This document shows, one piece after another, positions 23,698 to 37,383 of a DNA stretch of 64,000 nt. Under the pieces are notes generated by a model, which was not told where the DNA came from, ran no database searches, and was given only the letters and a program-made list of their open reading frames with translations. The DNA is taken from assembly GCF_006345805.1 (NCBI RefSeq), contig NW_021826031.1, positions 1 to 64,000 on the forward strand. The letters are read 5' to 3'. The DNA comes from Octopus sinensis. Its lineage: Eukaryota. Made by a program: the position numbers and the translations under genes. How positions within the stretch are numbered: position 1 is the first letter of the stretch; every line of letters starts with the position of its first letter.

Positions 23698-25240
23698 TTC
23701 TATTATCTGGCTTACTTTTTTCGATTTAATTATTTGTCTAGTCATACATTTCATGATGATTGTGCGTTGTCATTATGACTATTTGTAGATCAAATATAAT
23801 CCATCAACTTTTCTATTTTCTGATCAACTTTTCTAAATGATCTTTTTTATTAATATTATGTCACTTTCCCGATCAGACTGTACAAAAGTCTTCTTAACGA
23901 CAAGCGTTTAAAGGTGAAAGGAACAAAAACATTTGACTTACTTATAGTTTTTGCATTTTTATTTTTTCTGTACATTTGAATTGTACAGAGAAATATTAAA
24001 TCCAAAGTCCTCAGGACTTTTTAGAAGCTTGGTTAACCCGGATATTAGCTGAAACGTGGCTGAAACATGGGAATAGCTTTCTACAATTGGGAAAGTTATT
24101 CTCATATTTGTAGGATAAAAACATTTTAATGGTCTATTGAAACCGGGCGAAGTGGCATTGAGGGAATGTCATTTTGTGTGTAACTTCCGCCAACTCGTTT
24201 ATTTGAGTCGTTATCATGTGACCAACGATCGGTTAATCTGAGGGCCCTTTGTTGGGCCTCCTCGTTTTGCCTCCTGTTGGACAACGATAACTGCGGACAC
24301 CATGATCCGCAGGCGTAGGAAATTGATGGTTCGAAGTATTGGCGGTAGATATTCACCAGTACCGGGTGTGACCCGTTTTTCCATAAGTCGGATAGATTTC
24401 GGAGGATGTTCAACTTTTTCGCATTTACGAAGAAGGTTGTCTGCGTGCGAGGAGAAGCAGAGGTGCATGTTGAGAGTTACCCATAGGACCGTCTGACTCC
24501 TGTAGAAAGGTACAGACATTTTATTCAGCTTTAAATCGACTGAAATCCTTCCCAATCTTTTGTCGGAAGTGAAGAGGGACGTGGCGGACTTCGCGACGTT
24601 TACCACAAGCCGGTTGTCCGTCAGCCATAGGTTCAGCCGATCAAGTTAGCTTGGAGCCTTTCAGAGGCCCTCTCGATATCCCGTGAGGCTATTACGATGT
24701 CGTCCGCGTATGAGAGGACAATGTCATTATTGTCGAGGGAGATCTTCCAGGAATAGGTTGAAAAGGGCCGGGGATAAGGGGGATCCCTGGGTACTCCGTT
24801 GGGTAGGAGACGAGATGTGGACTTGAGAACACCGAGGCACATCCTTCCTCTTCGTCCACTTAGGAAGTTGGTGATCCATATTTTGAGTTTCTGAGGAAAT
24901 TCAGATTGGAATATCTTCCTTGATAGAAGCTTCCTCGAGACAGAGTCGAAGGCTTTGTGAATGTCAACGGAGCAAAGCACGGTCTTTTGGTGCCTCGGTT
25001 TGCTAGCAAAACCGGTACAGATGAAATTCGACAATGATTGTAAGTACGAAGACGTGGACTTTGCCTCCTTGAACCCATGTTGAAAAGGTCTTTCGGGTAA
25101 GAATTCTTCTATTCTTACAAGAACCAGTCTTTCCAGGATTTTTGACATCGAACATAACAGAGAAATTGGCCTGAAAGATGCCGGGCCACCTTTTGGTTTT
25201 CCAGGCTTCAGTATCGGTCTTATTAAGGCCTGTTTTTATA

Positions 25241-27019
25241 CAGTATAACCTCCATTTGGGGCATCAATTTTGAAAAATTGCCCCAAAAATAGAGGTTTTC
25301 CCAAAAATGGAGGTCTGAAATTTTCTTTATTTTTATAAAAATTTTAATAGTTTTAGCATATTTTTCATTAATTTATAAATAAATAAAGTATTTTTAAGAA
25401 CATTTAAACATGTTTTCCACTAATTTTATTGATAATTAGAGTATTTTCAAGCAGAAAAAATTTTTATTCTATTATACACGAAAATAATCTGTTATTTTGT
25501 TTCCTGTTGCAGATTTCTTCATATGTATGCCAATATTTTTCTGAAATTGTAATAGTCTTTTAACGCATCGGAAAACAACGGTGATATTCTCTTCAAGGTT
25601 ATTCATTGCTGTTATCGTGTCCAAGTGTGAACAGTTGCATTCAGTTTGGTCATATATTGACTCATCATTATTTTCTTCTTCATTTTCAGCAATTACGTCT
25701 GCAATTATCGTGTCCAAATTTTCTTTCTCACTGTTAACTAAAAAATTTGAACTAGGAATCTGTTGCCGACAGTTATTAATTGTTTCCCAACAATTCGTTA
25801 TTGTTTCAGGATTTAAATTTTGCCATGTTTTTCCAACAATTATTATGACATGACGAAGATTTATTTTTTTTAAATTAACAATTTGTAACTCAACGTCCTC
25901 AAAATAAAGAGTAAAATCCAATAAAGCGTTAAGATAATTGGACTTGAAAGATTTAATAATACCCATGTCTAACGGTTGAATTAATGAGGTTGTTTTTTTG
26001 GGAGAAAAAACAATTCAATGTTGGAAAGATGGATATATTTGTGACAGCTTGCGTTATCAAGTAACAAAACAATTTTTCTCTTTTGCGTAATCATTTGTTC
26101 ATTTGTAATGGTGAGCCATGTAATAAATATTTCTGATGTCATCCAACTGTTTTTAGATGATGAATATGAAACTCCATGTTCTTCAGGGTTAAAGTTTTTC
26201 ATACAACGTGGGGATTTATATTTTCCTACTAACAATGGCTTCAATTTTTCGCCACAAGCACTGACCGACAAAAAAATAGTGAATTTTTCTTTACTCCTTT
26301 TAATTCCGAAACAATCTTCATCCGAACTTACAAATGATTTTGAAGGTATCCTTTTAATATATAACCCAGTTTCGTCGCAATTAAAAATATTTTGAAGACC
26401 ATATTCTTTTACGTATTCATCATACTTGGAAAAAAACATATCAAGCGAAGAAACATCGGAAGAGTTTTTCTCTCCACTAATTGTCTTAAATGACAACATA
26501 TGTCTTTTCTTAATTTTTCAACCAGCCATTGGACCTTTGAACGCCGAATAATTCAACATCCTTGCTACTTTGGAAGCAATATTTTTTAAAGAGGACCGGA
26601 CACAGGAATAAATTCTTCCCTGTCTTGGTGAAAGCCTCAAACTTACATTAATAAAAAAACTTTACTAATTTTGTACTTATCTACAATATCTCGTTCAGTA
26701 AGATGTTTATTTTCACTTAATTCCTTGGCAATTTTGATCTTTAACTCAAGACTAAGCTTACGAGCCATAACAACAAGAATACAAAAATTACACGAGGCTT
26801 CCAAATGAAATTTTATATAATTAATTTTAATTTTAATAGCAAATATGTATATAAATTAAAAATCCTGTGCCCCACTAGAGGTTCCGGTAATTTCTAAATT
26901 TGGAAATTACCGCATAAATTATATCCTTTTCAAACCTACAAACTAACCCAAAAATAGAGGTTTCCCCAAAAATAGAGGTTCCCCAAGCCAGAGGTCTGCC
27001 CCAAATGGAGGTTATACTG
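25241..27019 (-). mobile_element. pogo/Tigger DNA transposon (CENP-B HTH plus DDE_1), frameshifted
   Basis: Perfect 23-bp TIR cagtataacctccatttggggca with TA duplication; NCDETG, NSWMT, LLLDNA.CH, QPLDMGIIKSFK. Confidence 0.95.
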
Positions 27020-27104
27020 TATTGAAGAAAGCACATTGTTGTTGATTGAGTAGTTGAAGATAGGCTTTAGGAACGTCACTCCTTCGACACCAAAGTTTTT
27101 TAAT

Positions 27105-27250
27105 TTTTTTTTCACTTATTTAGTTTGTTAAACAAGAAAGAAATTAAAGATAGCTAAGTTAATTAAAGGCCTCACGAGACACCCGGCCAGCCTCGCGAAT
27201 GGCGAAGCCGTTCCCTCGGATCACAGCAATCGACAGACGTTCCAGGAGCC
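27105..27250 (-). mobile_element. 146-bp 5'-truncated CRE-type insertion with poly(A) and 12-bp TSD
   Basis: WLLERLSIAVIRGN..REAFN*; aagttttttaat duplicated at 27093-27104 and 27251-27262. Confidence 0.85.
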
Positions 27251-27371
27251 AAGTTTTTTAATAGAATGAGCGGGATTTTGTTTGGGCTGTAAGAGTACAA
27301 TGATTTTGTGGAATGCATTAAGGAGAGAGGGTGTAAATTATTTTTCTTAGTTAACCAATGAATTAGATCTT

Positions 27372-28900
27372 TTATAGTTTTAATTTGTGAAAGAAATTAT
27401 GTATTGCTACTACAATGATCACAACACCCGAAATAATTGACATCATCACAGACAAGACGAATCCGGGATGAGTAATTAAATTCACTCGAGACTCTACAAT
27501 ATTATACGCTGCATTTCACCTGGGACATAAATATACCCCACTGCTGGGGTGGACTGTCCTGCAGAATTTGTAGCAACCACGGCGACACTATAATTTCCAG
27601 CTTCCTGGGTGTAATTCGAGATATCCAAAAATGTTTGATCGGGTTCCAATATGAAGCATAATTTTTTCTTGGCTTTTTATATCAGAATTTAAACTTGAGA
27701 AGAATTGAGGCAGAGAGTGTATTCTGTTATATTTTCTCCGTTGTCGTTGGGGACAGTCCAGGTGATTAGACTCTCATCAATGTTGATTTGGAATATTCCG
27801 GGAACGGCTAGATTTATAACCAATTCATAACATACCAGAAACTCTAAATATTTTCGAAATCTCTTTCTCGTCATATCCATTATCTGCGATACACGACACT
27901 TTGTGGTGGGCACGCGAGGTCCCTTCAAGTTTGATAGCCATCAATTCGATTGAGTAGTGCCCAGTTTTAGTTGAATTTCGAAAATAAATCTGATTAATAT
28001 TTTTATAAAAGATGACTTTTTTATGTGTATCATTTACTAGCATCCGAACAGTCGAGGAAGGTATCGAGGATACACTGCATATGATTATTCCAGAGTGTCT
28101 TGATTCATCCGACTTGAGTTGTATTTCTGGTCCGTCTGCAAATTGGCAGGAAAATATACATTTAATAATTAATTTTATTTCTCTCGATTTTTGAAACGAG
28201 TTATATGTAGCCCCGTTTATTAGGTATGTTCCCGCGTCCTCTGGTTTTGTGACTTTGATATTTAGTCCGTCAGATTGTATTTTTGTTTTGTTAGTGTTTT
28301 CTACAATGGGCGATGATTTATAACCAAGAACATATGCATCCTTTACCCAGAATATAGTCCCATTTACATTCTCAAACACAACTGCACATTTGAGTTTCGC
28401 ATCTTGTCCCACATAAACAACACTGTTCTCAGTACAATTAATAAATTTGATAAGTTCGGCTGCAATAAACAAGTTAGCTTACATTTTAGATGAAGAGAAA
28501 ATGTTTTTGTCTTATTGTCTTGTGACACACAAACGTACTCCCCCACAGTGTTTGGCGTTACTTTATTTATATACAAGACGAGACTGTCTCTACTGCCATA
28601 CAAAGTGTAGATTTTGCTAAAAAACTTCAAGTTGCTGTACTTGGTCGATATTGTTGTATCGTTCATTTTCCAAATCAGTTCTGTGTCGCCCTGAACAACG
28701 GTGCATTTGACATGTGCAGAATCGTTTAATTCTGCATAGAAGGAAGTAATGCTGAGATCAATCAGACTGGATGACTGTACTATTATTGGGTAATTAGTCG
28801 GCCATTGTGTTTTAAATATTTTCATTACAGTTGTATATAACATTATTTAATTCTCTCTATACTCACCGACTGCGATTATCAATCCTACCAACAGGAGCAT
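27372..28900 (-). CDS. Ig-superfamily type I membrane protein (signal peptide, about 3 Ig domains, Fn3, TM, roughly 9-aa tail)
   Basis: MLLLVGLIIAV; KCTVV..LIWKM..GEYVC; LKCAV..FWVKD..EDAGTY; Fn3 ITWTVPNDNG..ITEY..YSVAVVATNSAGQS; TM FVLSVMMSIISGVVIIVVAI. Confidence 0.82.
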
Positions 28901-29682
28901 CGCCTATTTTGCGAGGATAGTGTTTATCTAACTTACGATAACGCGCATATTCGATTTCAAGCATATGGCGTTTTGATTCAAATTATTTATTCTGTGATTA
29001 TGCGTTTTTAATTAAAGGTTTTTGGACACCACTTAATTGAGTGCAGTTTTAATGCTCCAGTCGGTTCCAACGTCTATTGGTCACAAAGTTTCCAGTGGTT
29101 CTCAGAACTTATGTGTTTCACAGGAAAACGTGTCTGAGGACAATCAATAATCTGAAAATAATTCTTTTTTTACCGAAAAGAATTCCAGAACAATAAATTA
29201 TCCATTTTTTAAATTTATGAAAAAGAAACTTAAATAATAAGCCCCCCAACTTTCCTGGAATTATTTAAATTTCTTGTTCAAAGTTGACGATTTATTAACA
29301 TTGTTGTTTTCGTCATTTAAACAATGACAACATATATCGAAGTGCATACCTTCAGATGTTTTTGGCGAAGTATAAATACAAATATATTTTATTGAATACA
29401 GCTTATTTTAACTTAAAAAACGAGTAATAATGCATTAGTAAAATATGTTGATTTTTGTTGTGTTTAGTGATTTAATAAGCAATTGTTTCTGCTAAAAGAA
29501 CGGAAAAACTGCTGCAGGTGTGTTCGCGTGTTGATCACGTGACTTTCAATTACTTGGCCTTCATTTTGTAATCGGTTTAATTCGTCGTCATAATACTAAC
29601 AACAGACAACCAAATTACTTGGATTAAATTTTGAATTTCGTTTCGTGTTATTTGAATGCTTTCTATTTTTATGAAAATACAA

Positions 29683-32208
29683 TTATTCACCGAATTTAGA
29701 CAAAATATTTTCATCCAAATGGAGATGCAGTCGTTCGTCGTATAACACCTGATTATTAAAGTCCTCCAGTTCGTTTCGCAAGCCCAAAATTCCCTAATAA
29801 CATTGCGATGAGGAGTTTGACATTTTTTATTTTATTTTTTTCAGTTTTTACTATTTCATAGATTACACCATTTTTCTCGATCTTTCTATTTATCGAAAGA
29901 ATTTGTTTATTTTGCTCTTCAATGCTTGTCAGCAGTTCGTTCGAGACACAATTCATTTCCTCGTTAATTTTTTCCTCAAATAGTTTTAAGTAATACCCTC
30001 TCACAAGTATTACCGCCAATGTCCTCCGTCAGTTGGGGGATCAATTCGTTCAATTCTCTCAGCTCCTTTTTTTGTTCTAGAAAGTAACGATTTAGAACCT
30101 CGTACTTATTATTGCATTTTTAAGTTGACTTTCTTGCTGCTGGCAATCAGAAAGTTTGGACACCAAAGAGACAACCCTCGCGTCATTCTCTTTTAAAATC
30201 CCTTCTCCTACACTCGTCTGAACTGCAAGTTCATCGACGATAGACTAAAATATTCCCCAATTTTCGAAACTTGCAAACTCTTAATTTCATTCTCAACTTG
30301 CATTTTTAACTCAATCGTGTTTTGTTTTTCAATTGGCAATGCTTCCTGGAGCATTTGGAGTCGATCTGTCAACTTGCTGTATAGTTCTGAGATGTTTTGT
30401 AGCTGAAATCTCTCAACGCCAAAACCTGTTGCTTGTCTTGTTGGTATGATGTCCTAAGAAGCAATATTTGTTCCTTTGTTTGAGACTGAAATTCCAAAAT
30501 TTTTTCTTTCTCCATTGTTCTTTTGATTTCCTCAGAAGACTTGAGGTACTCCAATTTCCTCCTAAAACCTTTTTCTGCTAAACAAAACATTTCTTTGAGC
30601 TCGTTGTTAAGAACGTGCTGGATCCGTTTGAGTTCTGTTTTGGATTTTCGATCGCGTGCACTTTTCGATATGAGGATGCAGTTGTGGCTACCTTGCGGTC
30701 TTAAATAAATGTTGAATGGATAATTCCAGTTCTGTGATTTGTTTTTTGGTATCTGACTTTTCTTCCAATTTGCTGACGTGGATAAGTTTTAGCTTTTCAA
30801 GTCTAGTTGTTATAATCTTATTCTGGCACTTTTCTTTGATTTGTGTGATCATTTTGTTTGACTGGGTGAGTTCACTGACTATTTGCTCCAGTTCTTTATG
30901 TTGTGTTAGTTAGTATACCTCTTTCCGCCAGACTGAATTCTAGGCTGCTTTTGTTGTTTATTTGGATGCAATTTTGTATTTGTCTATCCAACTAAAACAT
31001 TTCATTGTAGTCCAATACCCTTGCGTCTAGTTCAGCATGTTGCTGAGCTTTGATTAAATGAATATCCAACTCTTTCTTATTTTTCGACTCCAATATGGGA
31101 CTAAGAGTTATTTCCACATGCATACAAGAGTGCTTCAAGGTGCCTGCAGGCGAGTCTGTGTTGCGACGTTTTCTCTATAAAACATTTTATGTTATCTTCG
31201 AGTTCCTTAGTAGATAAATTGACAACTTCAAGTTCCTTCAAGTCATTAAAAACATTTACCGTTTTTGCAAGCTCGAAACTGTTTTTGACTCGCAAATAAC
31301 GTTCAAACTGCTCATCTGACTGACTGGAATTGAGGAGTTGAAACAACCTTTTTATACTATTGTAGTCTTTTTCTTCAGAGGCAATCAGTTTGTCCAAGTC
31401 ACTCTAGTCGAGTCTATCAGTTTGATTACTATTTTGTCGGTTAATTCATTCATTCTTGACTTGTGTTGGTTTTCGTCCTCCTCTCTGTCCTCTTGACAGT
31501 ACAATATGCTTTCTTCGATCCTGATCAACTAAAATAAGTCTTGCGATATTCACCTGACGCTGGTGGTCAGCAATCATACAGTTCATGTTGTTTATGTCTA
31601 TTTTCAATTCTGCCTTGTGGATCATTTTAGAGTTGAGTGTATTTATCTTGTCGTGATACTGGTTTTGAATTTCTGTTTTTCGAGGGCTTATATAGTTAGC
31701 GTGTCTAGTCACCGAATTTGCTTATTTGACTTTTCGTAGGTTTTTATGTCGTCGATGAGCACGGAATTTTTAGACTTGTACTCTTGGAGCATATCCTTCA
31801 GACTCGTAATTCTGTCGAGGTTGTTTGAACGGGTCCCCTGCAGATTACCGTAATTTTTACTGAAATGGCATTTTTTATTTCGTTGTTGATTGATTGAGGG
31901 TATTTCTCGGCCATTCTTCGAAGTACGTTCTCAGTGATGCAAAGACACTCGAGAACTATTCGCTGTTTCGTACGATATGATTCCTACAAAATATATATGA
32001 CAATACGATCAAATCTAAATTTTGGACGAGTGAATATATTTCCTCGTACAGATTGTGATCAGAACTCACCCCGGTTATTTCCTCTTACAAAAATAAAAAA
32101 TACTGAACGGATTCGAGCAATGCGTTCCCTGGCCGAAAAAATTGTGCTCATGTCAAAAATCTCTTCAATGTTCTCGACTTTGTGAAACTCGACTTTGCCG
32201 ATATTCAT
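29683..32208 (-). CDS. Long coiled-coil protein, multi-exon, unidentified
   Basis: Successive E/K/Q/L-rich exons joined by GT-AG introns of about 23-28 nt; one probable 1-bp deletion near 31900. Confidence 0.6.
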
Positions 32209-32716
32209 TGACTTATTAACAAAGGTTATCTCCTTGACAAAATTATTAACTGTTGATTTCAATAAACATTTATTCAATTACATTACTTATAAGCAATTAA
32301 AAAAATTTATAAGGATCTAAAAGAATGTCACTCTCAAAAATACATCCCCGAAATGGATACACAATCACAATTCAGGCCCTCAGATCACTCGAACACAATA
32401 AACTACTATACTCCCCCTTATTGATGAATCCGAATCATTTGCCTAACAAGAAAATCCTTGTACAGGTTGTTGTACAGATTAGAATAATTGGGTTTTGAGC
32501 TTCTTTGTTTCGCTAATTTCCTACACAAGTGTAAAGCATTTAACGATTTAAAGTTATCTTGTATGAAGGAATTACTTGTCCTGTTTGTTGAATCGCATAT
32601 ATTTTGTGATTGCAGTAAACATAAAACTTGAAAACCGTTGATTTACAATACTTATTAATTTAATTAGAATTTGTATTTTGTGAATAAAAGTTCAATTTAT
32701 TATTTGTTGGTCGCAC

Positions 32717-34251
32717 ATGGGAAATCCGCCTAAAAGGTTCAAACATCGCGAAGGTGACCAATTTCAAATAAATGCGAACTACACGAGCGCAGAATCAATG
32801 CAGGAATACAAAGAGTGGTTAAATTCCCCCCAAACCGAGTCTCAAATATCCGACAGTATTTTGCGAACGAATAATAAACCCAGACTTGTACTTGACCAAA
32901 AAGCCGTTTACTGCCTTCCAATTCTCAAACTTCTTTGCGGATTCATCTCCGTTGGTGGAACTGTCGGAGGAGGTGAATGGGCTGGACTACAAGAGAATGG
33001 AAAACGACTTGTTCAGTTTCAGCAAGACGGGGGAACTCAGCAAGACGGGCACTCTGGGTGGTCTGCGGAGGTTCATCGACAAAGACCTGCGGGCGTGGAT
33101 GGAGGAGATATGTGGCACCACATTTCGTGAGGACAGACTGGACTTGTTTGCGGCCAAATATGGACAGGGAGGTGATTGAGTGAGTGGACTGGCAGATGTG
33201 TTGTTGTGTCACGACGACCTGGTCTCCACTCGTCTGATTGCATTCATTCTCTATTTGTGTCCCGGGTGGCGAGAACAGGACGGTGGGTCTCTCGATTTGA
33301 TTTCTTCTGATGGTTTGGCCTGCTTTTATTGGCAGAGAATGGGAATCCGGTGGAGGTTGTCCAGTCTCTCCGCATTGGCCACAATGTCCTCAACTTCTTC
33401 ATTGTCACCCCCAAATCCTTCCACCAGGTGATTAGTCATCCTCAGTGTAGGTCAGTGAGGTGTTGTCCCCCAAGACACGTTTGAGCATTTCAGGCTGGTT
33501 TCACCACAAGGGAGACTTGGTGAGGAAGGACTCGCCCCTCCCCCACTCCCTCCCTCCTCTTGTGCCACAATCGGTCATCACTTGTTCTTATATTCAGAAT
33601 GCCCACTTTGAGTCACGTGTCACTCCCTCATACCTCACGTCCAAGTCACAAACTCAAATTGCCAATCATTTTGAGGAAACCTCGTTTGTGGTCCTCCACT
33701 CATTTCTGAAAGTGTGACAATATACTAATCTAGTCCTCGGTCCGCGATGAGTTGTTCGATTGGCTGGAGGACGCCCTCTTTGACAGGTCGGGGGACATGA
33801 ACATGCGACAGTTGGACGTGTTGAGGGACTCCCATCCTCTCATCGACTTGTTCACATCGAGAGGGCTGGCCACCTATCTGAAGACAGTGACGGGCGTGGA
33901 GGACATTGACCAGGCCAACATGGAGGTTTGGCGAGTGGGGCAGGGCAGTTATTCCCTCCTGAGCAATCGTCTCCCCCATTATGGGGACAGACTGTGTGTT
34001 TACTACACCCTCAGTCGCACTGGTGGGCACCTGCGTTGATTGTAGATGTGGATACTGACACGTGTGGGGGGTATGTGGTGTACATTGATGGACAGTCGGG
34101 GGATGAGTTGGTCAGAGTCACCAATACTCGCGACAACTCACTCACTCTGGTCTATGCCAATGTGGGGACTGCCTCATTCCTCAAGTACGTCAATTCATTC
34201 ATTGGCGAGGGACGCTGCTTCTATGTCATTCAAACTATTTTCCCTGAATGA
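32717..34251 (+). CDS. OGFOD1: Prolyl 3-hydroxylase OGFOD1/Tpa1
   Basis: [15 protein letters not shown] (HxD), [10 protein letters not shown]...[24 protein letters not shown]; C-terminal degenerate 2OG domain. Confidence 0.93.
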
Positions 34252-34330
34252 TTGATAGGGTTTCCATATATTCCCTTCTTATTATTTACTATGAAATAAT
34301 TAGTTATATTTCCGAGAATATTTGAATTAT

Positions 34331-36059
34331 ATGAATCCTACTATCTGTGTGGGAATTGATTTGGTGATGGAGTCCCCCACTGATGCATTTCAACACCTCA
34401 TTTTTGTGGGTTAACCAGTCGTAGTGCTCAGCACACAGATGACGAATTTAAAGAAAAGATCCTCAATAACCCAGGAAATTGCAAAAATACGTCAAAGAAA
34501 GCCGCCCGGAAACGTCATCGGAATCTGAAAATAATATCTCAGAACATTGGTTTGTGGCGTGAAGCATTCCAGACACACTCGTCCGCGACAGAAAATTTGA
34601 AGACAGTTTTTCGCGTCTGTCGTTCATTTGTGGGAATGCGGCAGTGCAGGAAGTGAGGGGAGTAATCCACCTCTACAAGCCGTGTGAGCCTGTCCCCGAC
34701 TACGTGTCGTGCATGGTGTGTGTCCTCGCCATCCCCAACTCGTTCGAGAACAGTGAAATACTGTCATATCTGATGCAATACATGTTCCCTCGATTACTCA
34801 TTTAGCTGCCATGTCGAGTTTATCCGCATTTTCTCAGACTCCTCCCACAGCACTTACACTGCCCTTGTCAAGTTCAAGGACAAGGTGAGTGCCCTCCCTC
34901 AGTCGTAGACCACTGCCCAGACATTCTTCCAGGCCAGTAACGAACGACAATTCAACGCCATCGAAGACTACATGTGCCACTTGGCCTATGTCGGGCTTGT
35001 CACGTGCGACACAGATTTGTCCTCTCCACACAACTCGTACAACCTGGTGGAGGTGCCCAACTGTGCTGTGTGTCTGGAACGAATGGTCCCCTAATGGTGT
35101 GATTGGCAGGACTATCGGCCGGTGGTGACAGTGTTGTGCAACCACTCCTATCACGTGGAATGCATTGCGGAGTGGGAGTCCAACAAGTGGGGTGTCTCAC
35201 TCAATTATAGTTGTCCCGTCTGCAGACATAGCATGACTCCCTCCGTCAATTATCGACAGGAGTGTGAGGTGTGTGGACTCCAAGAACAGACTTGGCTGTG
35301 TCATGCCTGCGAGTAAGGCTGACTTGCCACGCAGACATTTCACTCAATCCGGACATGCCTTCTTCAAGAATGTCAACTCTCCGGACGTGTGGGATTACAC
35401 GGCCGATAGATATGTCCAGAGGATCGTCGAGTCTGACTTGGGGCACAAGCTGGTGTCTGTGCAGAGTGTCGAGTTGGTCAATTCGGAGGAGAAGGTCGAT
35501 TCCATCCAACTCGAAGTACTCCCCCCGCCCATTGCAGTACATCAACCAACTCGACAGACAACACATGTGCTATCAGACCAAGTTTGCAGAAATGAAAGAC
35601 GCCATCGAGGCCAAAGTGTGCTTTCCTGGGCATTGTAGGATAAGGAATTGGGTGAAATACGCACACAAGTCGATAATCAGTCCAAACAAATAAATAAATT
35701 GGAGGGCAGGAATAGTAAAGTATAGATTGTGTGTGTCATGTGCAGTTGGAGGCTGCATTGAGGGAGGCCATGAGTAAAGTGCGGGAGGTGACCAGTCACA
35801 ATGAACTACTCATTGCTAACAGAGTCCAAATGAATGCTAAGCAGGCAGAAATGGACATGCAATTGAAGGATATCAAGGAAAAGAATGAACAAGTATGTGT
35901 TGGGGGATTGATAAGGTTGTGAGTGAACTGCAGGATCAATTGACTGACCTCCTCGCTCATTTCTCAATGCAGGGACAAATTCCTCTCGACCCTAATGTTC
36001 GAGACGGATATCTTTTCCAGTTGGGTACTCCTCGTACTCGAGGCAGGCGTAGGCGATGA
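34331..36059 (+). CDS. BRAP: BRCA1-associated protein (BRAP2 domain, RING-H2, zf-UBP, coiled coil)
   Basis: FQAS..RQFNAIED..CHL, EVPNCAVCLERM..LCNHSYH..C..W..SCPVCRH, VWDYTADRYV..IV...KLV. Confidence 0.93.
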
Positions 36060-36177
36060 CTTGTAAATATACTCCTTTGCTGTCCTTTTAAACTCCGAGA
36101 TTAGTTGAACAATTGGGTCAGTCATCCACATATTAGCGCGACATACATTACCCGCGTATCAAAACAATTCGAACATT

Positions 36178-37383
36178 TTAGTAAAAATCGACGTTATCAA
36201 AATCAATTGGAGGGAGTTCTTTTATGACAATGTTTGACGCACAGGGTGTCTCAACACGAGTAGCCTCATCACGCAGAGTGACCTCACTATCTATATCTTC
36301 AAGCCTTGCTCCAATCGGCAACTTTGCCCAGTAACTTGATGTCCAATCATTTAAATGTTGTCTGATTTCCTTCAATTGGTCTTCTTCAAGTCCAAAAAGA
36401 GACACCACAGAGGCAGTCCTTAACAGTAGTTGGGGTAGTCAGCAAACTCGCCAACAAATCACAAGACAAACAGTCTTGAGAACCCGAAAAAAGCAGGTAA
36501 TAAAGTCGGCAAGACTCGACGACTCGCCACCGAAGACAAAATGCGCTCAATGAAGTAGATCAGCAACTGTGAATGAGTGGCGAGAAGAACGAGAATTGGT
36601 TCCCACTTTTCGAAACACGTTTCTCCAGTTAAGAATGTGCCAAATTCTGATAGTCCGCGGAATATCGCGGAAATTAGTGAGTCAACAAACTGAAAACTAG
36701 GAGACTGACACAACTGGGAAACCGAGAGGCAGCCCCATCGATATATTTCGCAAACAGTGCTACATCACACTTCCCACTGACTTTCCAAAATTCTGCCAAC
36801 TTGTCATCTACTTCCCCCAAAAGAGGCGGTTTTGAAGACTCCCGAATCCGTTTAGTAAACAAAGCGGAGGCAGGTTCCCAGTAGTGTTTCTATTGGGTGG
36901 CATCACGACTACTACTCTGAGCCATCCAAGACTCTCGTCCACTCCAATGAGGATGACGTCGGAGGATGGAAGCATCCCGTGAGTCACGTCGTGTCTGATT
37001 TGGACGACCCAATCGGGAATGTGCAGTTTTCTACAGCGTTCCACGAGTGACGAGCTGAGTTTTCCTTTGAGTCGTTCACTCATTAAATTGACGAATCGGA
37101 CTATGGCCGTTCCGCAGGCGAGTTGGTGCATTAGGTTTGCTTGCTGTGGACGGTTTTGCACGACGGTGAGGAGATTTATTGTCGAGTCGATGGCCACAGG
37201 CAGTTTGTCGTTCATTCTGCATTTTATAAAGTTGCGAACCTTGTTTTCCACACAAGCAGTCGATCCAGGCCATGTTTCACGAGTTGTGCATCTTTAGACC
37301 AGAGCTCGTTGGAAATATTGACGAATTCTAATCTTAAAACTCACAGTTAATGCAAACTCGTCAATCCACGCCACGACTTTCAT
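36178..37383 (-). CDS. LAS1L: Las1-like rRNA ITS2 endonuclease
   Basis: MKVVAW.., LPVAIDST, AIVRFVN, IPDWVVQIRHDVTHGMLPS (HEPN R-x4-H motif), WLR..YW. Confidence 0.9.

Larger units (their letters stand above)
24110..27295 (-). mobile_element. LINE (APE-type, Jockey/I-like) reverse transcriptase fragment hosting two nested insertions
   Basis: KPGKPKGGPASFRPISLL, FQHGF, DIHKAFDSV, GVP(Q)G, SYADD. The frame continues beyond the pogo and CRE inserts (PNKIPLILLKNFG..IFNYSI..KQALIRPIL). Confidence 0.9.

Noticed and set aside
24005-24021. Perfect hairpin aaagtcct-c-aggacttt (and ctgtaca..tgtacag nearby) as a Helitron end or terminator
   Set aside because: No matching Helitron 5' end or Rep/Hel sequence was found; short inverted repeats are expected in AT-rich DNA.
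29683-32208. CEP290, RAD50 or SMC identity for the coiled-coil gene
   Set aside because: No Walker A/B, zinc hook, hinge or diagnostic motif was found; the similarity is compositional only.
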